From Squalus acanthias (Eukaryota), in assembly GCA_030390025.1 (NCBI GenBank), contig CM059431.1, positions 146,632,001 through 146,696,000 of the forward strand: a stretch of 64,000 nt of DNA, given 5' to 3'. Of the stretch, positions 39,676 through 49,379 are shown piece after piece. The number at the start of each line of letters is the position of its first letter. Position 1 is the stretch's first letter. A model generated the notes under the pieces. The model did no database searches and was not told the origin of the DNA. It saw only the letters and a program-made list of their open reading frames with translations. Position numbers and translations under genes: made by a program.

Positions 39676-39875
39676 GAAGTCGCACAACACCAGGTTATAG
39701 TCTAACAGATTTATTTAAAATTATAAGCTTTCGGAGCTGTCCTGCCCCTTCTTCAGGTATAGTTACACTGAGTGAATCTACAAAAGTTCATAGAATATAA
39801 ACACAGATACTACAGAGATACAATCTTTCCTTAATTCTCATTTTTGTCCACCCCAGTCCAATGCCGGCATCTCCG
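39676..39875. mobile_element. 200-bp insertion (terminus of another Penelope-type family) inside the Penelope RT, with a 15-bp TSD
   Basis: cagcaggtttaatga (39661-39675) and cagcaggtttattga (39876-39890) flank it; hammerhead-like CTGAAGA...GAAAGCTT on the minus strand at 39725-39757. Confidence 0.75.
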
Positions 39876-40416
39876 CAGCAGGTTTATTGACAAGGCTGTG
39901 GTTAGATCTGAGAGAATGGAGTGCTGCAAGTTCAGAGGGAAGGAGGTTGGAGTGAGTGAGGGGAGCAGAGAAATTGAGACGGCCGATGTCACGCCGGCAG
40001 TTTGCAATGAAAAGATCTAGATAGGTTCAGAGGCCAGAGGGAGGGCTCCAGGTAGAACTAGAATTCTAAAAACGGGAGAAAGCTTCAGCTGTGCGGGGGA
40101 AGACGCTTCAACAACTCTTTGACACCAACACCCATCCAGAACCTTCTTCCCCTTCACTTTCCTCTGACCCCAACCCTTCTTCCAATCTCACCCCCTGCCG
40201 TGTTTTCACTACCCGCTCTGACCTTCCCCTCTCTGACCCCAAAAGATCAGTCCTTACCAAAACCGTGAGCTTCATCCCCTTACGCCACCATCTCAATAAA
40301 TTTCGAGCTCAGCACGATGCTGAGCTCTTTTTCCGCCGCCTTCATCTCCCTGCACATTTATTTTGCCAGGAGTCTTCCCCAGAACAGCTGACACTTTCTC
40401 CCGTTTTCAAAATTCT

Positions 40417-40459
40417 CGTTAGATTCTCAGGGTCGTGGATTCCGGTCCCACGTTGTGTG
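40417..40459 (+). pseudogene. 3' half of a tRNA-Lys(CTT)-derived pseudogene
   Basis: tctcagggtcgtggattccggtcccacgttgtgtg vs tRNA-Lys TCTCAGGGTCGTGGGTTCGAGCCCCACGTTGGGCG. Confidence 0.7.
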
Positions 40460-40607
40460 AAGTTTTATTTTGTTTTCACGGCCGAACCCCAGCTCTGAAT
40501 TCCCGGGGCAGTGTCACCGGGTCTTTATCTGGCACCTTTTGCTTAATAATATAATTGCGGGTTTAAGATTGAAAATGGCCTCCGCTTCACTGTAAGTGCC
40601 AGAGACA

Positions 40608-41685
40608 ATTTTTTTTTAATTTGTTTATCTGGGCGTCGCTGGCAAGGCCAGCATTTATTGCCCATCCCTAGTTGCCCTTGAGAAGGTGGTGGTGAGGCAC
40701 CTTCTTGAACCACTGCAGTCCGTGTGGTCAAGATACTCCCACAGTGCAGTTAGGTAGGAATTTCATGAATTTTGACCCAGCGATGATGAAGGATCAGATA
40801 TATATTTCTAAGTTAGGATCGCGTGTGACTTGGAGGGGAACTTGGAGGTGATGGTGTCCCCATGCGCCTGCTGCCCTTGTCCTTCTAGGTGGAAGAGGTC
40901 GCGAGTTTGGGAGGTGCTTCCGAAGAAACATTGGCGAGTTGCTGCAGTGCATCTTGTAGATGGAGGGATTGAATTCTTAAAATGGTGGATGTGGTGCCAA
41001 TAAAGCGGGCTGCTTTGTCCTGGATGGTGTCGAGCTAATTGAGTGCTGTTGGAGCTGTACTCATCCAGGCAAGTGAAGAGTATTCCATCACATTCCTTAC
41101 TTCCGCCTTGCAGATGATTGATTTGGGGAGTCAGGAGGTGAGACACTCGCCGCAGAATACTTAGCCTCTGACCAGCTCTTGTTTCCGTAGTATTTATGTG
41201 GCTGGTCCAGTTAAGTTTCTGGTTAATGGTGACCCCCCAATGTTGATTGTTGGGGGATTGGCGATGGTAATACCGTTGAAATTCATGGGGCAGTTGTTAG
41301 ACTTTCGCTTGTTGGAGATAGTCATTTCCTGGCAATTCTGTGGCACGAATGTTACCTGCCACTTATCAGCCCAAGCAAGAACGCTGTCCAGGTCTTCTTG
41401 TATGCGGGCATGGACTGCTTCATTATCTGAGGAGTTGTGAATGGCACTGAACACTGTGCAATCATCAGGGAACATCCCCATTTCCGAGCTTATGTTGGAG
41501 GGAAGTTCATTGATGAAGCAGCTGAAGCTCATTGGGCCTAGGACACTGCCCTGAGGAACTCCTGCAGCGATGTCTTGGGCTGTGATGTTTGATCTTCAAA
41601 CACCACAACCATCTTCCTTTGTGCTAGGTATGACTCCAGCCCATGGAGACTTTCCACCCACCCCCACCCGATGCCCATTGAATTC
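40608..41685 (-). mobile_element. 5'-truncated decayed CR1/L2-group LINE
   Basis: FSCFINELP, MFPDDCT, WADKWQVTF RT remnants; poly-T at 40609-40617; same family as 11385-12998. Confidence 0.88.
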
Positions 41686-41689
41686 ATTT

Positions 41690-41727
41690 CTGAGAATCTA
41701 ACGCTCCACCGACTGAGCTGGCCGGGC
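41690..41727 (-). pseudogene. 5' half of a tRNA-Lys(CTT)-derived pseudogene
   Basis: Minus strand gcccggccagctcagtcggtggagcgttaga vs GCCCGGCTAGCTCAGTCGGTAGAGCATGAGA. Confidence 0.75.
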
Positions 41728-42010
41728 CTGATTCAACATTGTGGAATTGAGACTTATCGAAGAAAGGCGGCTGGTGGCCCAGCCCCGGCGCCGCACTCTC
41801 CGCCGCACTGTCGGTGGCGCTGTTTTTTCGAATGACGCGGTAAACCGAAGCCAATGTCAGGTCATCTGGATGTCGGAATGTCGGTCAGAACCCCGGCTCC
41901 AAGTAAAGGAATGTCAATTCCGAAATTAACTTTGAACAGTGTTTGAGATCTCGAGCGTGACAGCTGGAGTGTGACATTTGGAGTTTCATGTCCAGTGCAC
42001 TTACGGAGGT

Positions 42011-42083
42011 GGCGCGGTGGCCCAGCTTGAAGGCATCAGTTCTTGTAAACCAAAGATCGCGGTTTCGAACCCCGTCCGTGCCT
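42011..42083 (+). pseudogene. tRNA-Thr(CGT)-family pseudogene (anticodon now reads TGT)
   Basis: ggcgcggtggcccagcttgaaggcatcagttcttgtaaaccaaagatcgcggtttcgaaccccgtccgtgcct is colinear with tRNA-Thr(CGT); D-loop GG lost. Confidence 0.8.
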
Positions 42084-42716
42084 ATGATAGTTTTGAATTT
42101 CCAGGCGATGTTTTCCGAATGACTCGTGCTTTGCGCAGCTGCTATATTTCTCACTGTCATAGCTCCTGTGACAATGGCCCGAAAATTAGACCTAATACGC
42201 AAGAGTACGCACTGTGTACTCTCTCGTTTTAGGTCTCCAATTGCCGGTTTCCAGCATTCACTGTGCATGCGCAGGAAACCGGCACTTTGTGAATTCAAAA
42301 GGGGCGGTTCCGAGGTGAACCGCGTGCGCGCTACAGGCTGCGCGCACGCAGTGCACTGAGTGCTTTGAACGCACAGGTAAGCATGGAAGATTTTACACAT
42401 AAAGAAAGGAGGCGTAAGACCCTCTTTTAACAAGGTAAGTAGTTAATTAAGTATTATTTTAAATTTTTTTCAACAGGTTTATCTTTTTTAGAGACTTTAA
42501 AGAAAGGTAAGTTTATTTTTATAAATTTTAAAAAGATTTTAAATTTTTTCAAAAATTTAATTTTTTGTTTAAAGTGTTATTTATTTAACTATACTTATTT
42601 TATTAATGTGATGGCTTTTTTAAAATTTAATTGAGGTTTAGCTGTTCTTTTGGGGGGATATATTATTCATAGCTTTGACCGATCTTCTGTCAAAACTATG
42701 AATGAAAGATACGATA

Positions 42717-42919
42717 GCAAAATACTGCGGATGCTGGAAATCCGAAATAACAACAGAAAACGCTGGAAAAACTCAGCAGGCCAGTTAACATCCGTGGAGA
42801 GAGAAAGAGAGTTAACGTTTCAGGCCGACGAAGGGTTTCGACCTGAAACGTCAACTCTCTTTCTCTCTCCACGGATGCTGCCTGGCCTGCTGAGTTTTTC
42901 CAGCGTTTTCTGTTGTTAT
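42717..42919. mobile_element. Palindromic non-autonomous element made of two inverted Penelope termini
   Basis: 42747-42825 is the near-perfect reverse complement of 42842-42919; the arms are homologous to 37460-37540. Confidence 0.8.
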
Positions 42920-43364
42920 CTCGCACGAACTAACTCCGTCTCTGGGTCACGCAAGCACTGCACAGCTGCAGCCTTGAAACTAAAGTTCGTGTGGCCCCGG
43001 AGGAAAAAGGAAGGCGCGGAGTGAGATATCACGGGGAAGCCTTACCCCACGTCAACACTCAGTCTTTAATTTCTGGGCCATTAAGGACAAATAAACTTAC
43101 AATTTGCAGCACAGCTACTTCCACATTCATGGACATATCCTGGAGAGTGAAACAGAAGCCATCAGCACGGTTGGTGATCAGGGGGTAAGTCGTCAAACTG
43201 CTAAATCAAAGTGTGCCACCCCCGGTACAATCACAGTTTGTGACTTAACTCTTTTCAAGTCCTTAACGGCTGTTTTACGGACAGTGTGGACTGACCCTGT
43301 CTATCGGAATCTCGAAATTTCTGCTAGTCTGGGAATGACATTCATCAGATGTACCCCAATACAC

Positions 43365-46300
43365 TGATGTTGGCAATCCGTTCATCCGCCCAATCCATTC
43401 CCATTCCCTAATTCACTGATGATTCCGTCCATTCACTTCAGCAATCCATTGATGGTATCTGTCCATTCATTTTCGCAATCCATTGATGGTATCTGTCCAT
43501 TCAATTTCCCAATCCATTGATGATATCTGTTCATTCACTTTCACAATCCATTGATGGTATCTGTCCATTCAATTTCCCAATCCATTGATGGTATCCGTCC
43601 ATTCACTTCCCCAATCCAATGATGATATCTGTCCATTCACTTTCCCAATCCATTGATGGTATCTGTCCATTCACTTTCCCAATCCACTGATAGCATCTGT
43701 CCATTCACTTTCCCAATCCATTGATGGTATCTGTCCATTCACTTTCCCAGTCCATTGATGGTATCTGTCCATTCACTTTCCCAATCCATTGATGGGATCT
43801 GTCCATTCACTTTTCCACTCCAATGATGGTATCTGTCCATTCACTTTACCCATCCAATGATGGTATCTGTCCATTCACTTTCCCAATCCATTGAAGGTAT
43901 CTGTACATTCACTTTCCCAATCTATTGATGGTATCTGTCCATTCAATTTCCCAATCTATTGATGGTATCCGTCCATTCACTTTCCCAATCCATTGATGGT
44001 ATGTGTCCATTCACTTTCCCAATCCATTGATGGTATCGGTCCATTGACTTTCCAAAATCCATTGATGGTATCTGTCCATTCACTTTCCCAATACAATGAT
44101 GGTATCTGTCAATTCACTTTCCCAATCCATTGATGGTATCTGTCCATTCACTTTCCCAATCCATTGAAGGTATCTGTCCATTCACTTTCCCAATCCATTG
44201 ATGGTATCGGTCCATTGACTTTCCAAAATCCATTGATGGTAGCTGTCCATTCACTTTCCCAATCCAATGATGGTATCTGTCCATTCACTTTCCCATCCAA
44301 TGATGGCATCTGTCCATTCACTTTCCCAATCCATTGATGGTATCTGTCCATTCACTTTCCCAATCCAATTATGGTATCTGTCCATTCATTTTCCCAATCC
44401 ATTGATGGTATCTGTACATTCACTTTCCCATTATATTGATGGTATCCGTCCATTCACTTTCCCAATCCATTGATGGTATCTGTCCATTCACTTTCCCAAT
44501 CCATTGATGGTTTCTGTCCATTCACTTTCCCAATCTATTGATGGTATCCGTCCATTCACTTTCCCAATCCAATGATGGTATCTGTCCATTCACTTTCCCA
44601 ATCTATTATTGGTATCTGTCCATTCTCTTTATCAATCCATTGATGGTATCCGTCCATTCACTTTCCCAATCCATTGATGGTAACTGTCCATTCACTTTTC
44701 CAATCCATTGATGGTATCTCTCCATTCACATTCCCAATCCATTGATGGTATCTGTCCATTCACTTTCCCAGTCCATTGATGTTAGCTGTCCATTCTCTTC
44801 CCAATCCATTGATGGTATCTCGCCATTCTCCTTCCCAATCCATTGATGGTATCTGTCCGTTCACTTTCCCAATCCATTGACGGAATCTGTCCATTCAGTT
44901 TCCCAGTTCATTGATGGAATCTGTCCATTAACTTTCCCAATCCATTGATGGTATCTGTCCATTCACTTTCCCAATCCATTGATGGTATCTGTCGATTAAC
45001 TTTCCCAATCCATTGATGTTATCTGTCCATTCACTTTCCCAATCCTTTGATGGTATCTGTCCATTCACTTTATCAATCCATTGATGGTATCTGTTCTTTA
45101 ACTTTCCCAATCCAATAATGGTACCTGTCCATTCACTTTATCAATCCATTGATGCCATCTGTCCATTAACTTTCCCAATCCATTGATGGTATCTGTCCAT
45201 TCACTTTATCAATCCATTGATGGTATCTGTCCATTCACTTTCCCAATCCATTGATGGTATGTGTGCATTGATTTCCCTAATCCATTAATGATATCTGTCC
45301 ATTCACTTTCCCAATCCATTGATGGTAACTGTCCATTCACTTTCCCAATCCATTGATGGTATCTGTCCATTCACTTTATCAATCCATTGATGGTATCTGT
45401 TCATTCCCTTTCCCAATCCATTGATGGTATCTGTCCATTCACTATCCCAGTCTATTGATGGTATCTGTGCAGTGATTTCCCCAATCCATTAATGATATCT
45501 GTCCATTCACTTTCCCAATCCATTGATGGTAACTGTCCGTTCACTTTCCCAATCCATTGATGGTATCTGTCCATTCACTTTCCCAGTCTATTGATGGTAT
45601 CTGTCCATTAACTTTCCCAATCTATTGATGGTATCTGTCCATTCAATTTCCCAATCTATTGATGGTATCCGTCCATTCACTTTCCCAATCCATTGATGGT
45701 ATGTGTCCATTCACTTTCCCAATCCATTGATGGTATCGGTCCATTGACTTTCCAAAATCCATTGATGGTATCTGTCCATTCACTTTCCCAATACAATGAT
45801 GGTATCTGTCAATTCACTTTCCCAATCCATTGATGGTATCTGTCCATTCACTTTCCCAATCCATTGAAGGTATCTGTCCATTCACTTTCCCAATCCATTG
45901 ATGGTATCGGTCCATTGCCTTTCCAAAATCCATTGATGGTAGCTGTCCATTCACTTTCCCAATCCAATGATGGTATCTGTCCATTCACTTTCCCATCCAA
46001 TGATGGCATCTGTCCATTCACTTTCCCAATCCATTGATGGTATCTGTCCATTCACTTTCCCAATCCAATTATGGTATCTGTCCATTCATTTTCCCAATCC
46101 ATTGATGGTATCTGTACATTCACTTTCCCATTATATTGATGGTATCCGTCCATTCACTTTCCCAATCCATTGATGGTATCTGTCCATTCACTTTCCCAAT
46201 CCATTGATGGTTTCTGTCCATTCACTTTCCCAATCTATTGATGGTATCCGTCCATTCACTTTCCCAATCCAATGATGGTATCTGTCCATTCACTTTCCCA

Positions 46301-49142
46301 ATCTATTATTGGTATCTGTCCAGTCTCTTTATCAATCCATTGATGGTATCCGTCCATTCACTTTCCCAATCCATTGATGGTAACTGTCCATTCACTTTTC
46401 CAATCCATTGATGGTATCTCTCCATTCACATTCCCAATCCATTGATGGTATCTGTCCATTCACTTTCCCAGTCCATTGATGTTAGCTGTCCATTCTCTTC
46501 CCAATCCATTGATGGTATCTCGCCATTCTCCTTCCCAATCCATTGATGGTATCTGTCCGTTCACTTTCCCAATCCATTGATGGAATCTGTCCATTCAGTT
46601 TCCCAGTTCATTGATGGTATCTGTCCATTAACTTTCCCAATCCATTGATGGTATCTGTCCATTCACTTTCCCAATCCATTGATGGTATCTGTCGATTAAC
46701 TTTCCCAATCCATTGATGTTATCTGTCCATTCACTTTCCCAATCCTTTGATGGTATCTGTCCATTCACTTTATCAATCCATTGATGGTATCTGTTCTTTA
46801 ACTTTCCCAATCCAATAATGGTACCTGTCCATTCACTTTATCAATCCATTGATGCTATCTGTCCATTAACTTTCCCAATCCATTGATGGTATCTGTCCAT
46901 TCACTTTATCAATCCATTGATGGTATCTGTCCATTCACTTTCCCAATCCATTGATGGTATGTGTGCATTGATTTCCCTAATCCATTAATGATATCTGTCC
47001 ATTCACTTTCCCAATCCATTGATGGTAACTGTCCATTCACTTTCCCAATCCATTGATGGTATCTGTCCATTCACTTTATCAATCCATTGATGGTATCTGT
47101 TCATTCCCTTTCCCAATCCATTGATGGTATCTGTCCATTCACTATCCCAGTCTATTGATGGTATCTGTGCAGTGATTTCCGCAATCCATTAATGATATCT
47201 GTCCATTCACTTTCCCAATCCATTGATGGTAACTGTCCGTTCACTTTCCCAATCCATTGATGGTATCTGTCCATTCACTTTCCCAGTCTATTGATGGTAT
47301 CTGTCCATTAACTTTCCCAATCCATTGATGTTATCTGTCCATTCACTTTCCCAGTCCATTGATCGTATCTGACCATTCACTTTCCCAATCCATTGATGGT
47401 ATCTGTCCATTCACTTTCCCAATCCATTGATTGTATCAGTCCATTCACTTTCTCAATCCATTGATGGTATCTGTCCATTCACTTTCCCAATCTATTGATG
47501 GTATCCGTCCATTCACTTTCCCAATCCAATGATGGTATCTGTCCATTCACTTTATCAATCCATTGATGGTATCGGTCCATTGATTTTCTCAATCCATTGA
47601 TGGTATCTGTCCATTCACTTTCTCAATCCATTGATGGTATCTGTCCATTCACTTTCTCAATCTATTGTTGGTATCCGTCCATTCACTTTCCCAGTCCATT
47701 GATGGTATCTGTCCATTCACTTTCCCCATCGAATGATGGTTTCTGTCCATTCACTTTCCCAATCCATTGATGGTATCGGTCCATTGACTTTCTCAATCCA
47801 TTGATGGTATCTGTCCATTCACTTTCCCAATCCATTCATGGTATCTGTCCATTCACTTTCCCAATCCATTGATGGTATCTGTTCATTCACTTTCCCAATC
47901 CATTGATGGTATCTGTCCATTCAATTTCCCAATCCATTGATGGTATCCGTCCATTCACTTCCCCAATCCAATGATGATATCTGTCCATTCACTTTCCCAA
48001 TCCACTGATAGCATCTGTCCATTCACTTTCCCAATCCATTGATGGTATCTGTCCATTCACTTTCCAAGTCCATTGATGGTATCTGTCCATTCACTTTCCC
48101 AATCCATTGATGGGATCTGTCCATTCACTTTTCCACTCCAATGATGGTATCTGTCCATTCACTTTCCACACCGAATGATGGTATCTGTCCTTTCACTTTC
48201 CCAATCCACTGATGGTATCTGTCAATTCACTTTCCCCATAGAATGAAGTTATCTGTCCATTCACTTTCACAATATATTGATGGAATCGGTCCATTCACTT
48301 TCCCAATCCATTGATGGTATCTGTCCATTCACTTTCCCAATCCATTGAAGGTATCTGTACATTCACTTTACCCATCCAATGATGGTATCTGTCCATTCAC
48401 TTTCCCAATCCATTGAAGGTATCTGTACATTCACTTTCCCAATCTATTGATGGTATCTGTCCATTCAATTTCCCAATCTATTGATGGTATCCGTCCATTC
48501 ACTTTCCCAATCCAATGATGGTATCTGTCCATTAACTTTCCCTATCCAATGATGGTAGCTGTCCATTCACTTTATCCATCCATTGATGGTATCTGTCCAT
48601 TAACTTTCCCAATCCAATGATGATATCTGTCCATTCACTTTCCCAATCCATTGATGGTAAGTGTCCATTCACTTTCCCAATCCATTGATGGTATCTGTCC
48701 AGTCACTTTCCCAGTCTAGTGATGGTATCTTCCATTCACTTTCCCAAGCCATTGATGGTATCTGTGCATCGATTTCCCCAATCCATTGACGGTATCTGTC
48801 CATTCACTTTCCCAATCCATTGATGGTATCTGTCCATTCACTTTCCCAGTTCATTGATGGTAGCTGTCCACTCACTTTCCCAATCCATTGATGGTATCGG
48901 TCCATTGACTTTCCCAATCCATTGATGGTATCTGTCCATTCACTTTCCCAATCCAATGATGGTATCTGTCCATTCACTTTCCCAATCCATGGATGGTATC
49001 TGTCCATTCACTTTCCCAATCCATTGATGGTATGTGTCCATTCACTTTCCCAATCCATTGATGGTATCGGTCCATTGACTTTCCAAAATCCATTGATGGT
49101 ATCTGTCCATTCACTTTCCCAATCCAATGATGGTATCTGTCA
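43365..49142 (-). repeat. 34-bp satellite array, reverse orientation, with a degenerate left edge
   Basis: (CCATTCACTTTCCCAATCCATTGATGGTATCTGT)n. Confidence 0.98.
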
Positions 49143-49379
49143 TAAGAACATAAGAACATAAGAAATAGGAGCAGGAGTAGGCCAATCGGCCCATCGAGCC
49201 TGCTCCGCCATTCAATAAGATCATGGCTGATCTGATCCTAACCGCCAATCTACTATCTATCACAGAAACATCTCCTGCATCTAACAGAATTGCACACACG
49301 AAATAGGAGCAGAATCAGGCTACACAGTCCCTGGGCCCGCTCCACTACCCACAGGGCCATGACCGATCCGAACCTAGAC

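Larger units (their letters stand above)
37458..40416 (-). mobile_element. Decayed Penelope-like element (RT + GIY-YIG endonuclease) with an inverted 5' segment (40105-40416)
   Basis: IKPADKGGAVVV, FYLLPKFHK, LFTMDVQSLYTSIP, GVATGTRMGPSYA (PLE RT); NLVYCIWC...LYIGESKRRL (GIY-YIG); 40370-40416 is an inverted copy of 40060-40104. Confidence 0.92.

Noticed and set aside
42170..42680. GC-rich then AT-rich block with several GGTAAG donor-like sites, as a possible exon
   Set aside because: No convincing ORF; more likely an unclassified interspersed repeat, which I cannot identify by eye
43165..43245. Possible tRNA-Ser(GCT)-like relic (ggtaagtcgtcaaactgctaaatc)
   Set aside because: Similarity too weak and no clear B-box
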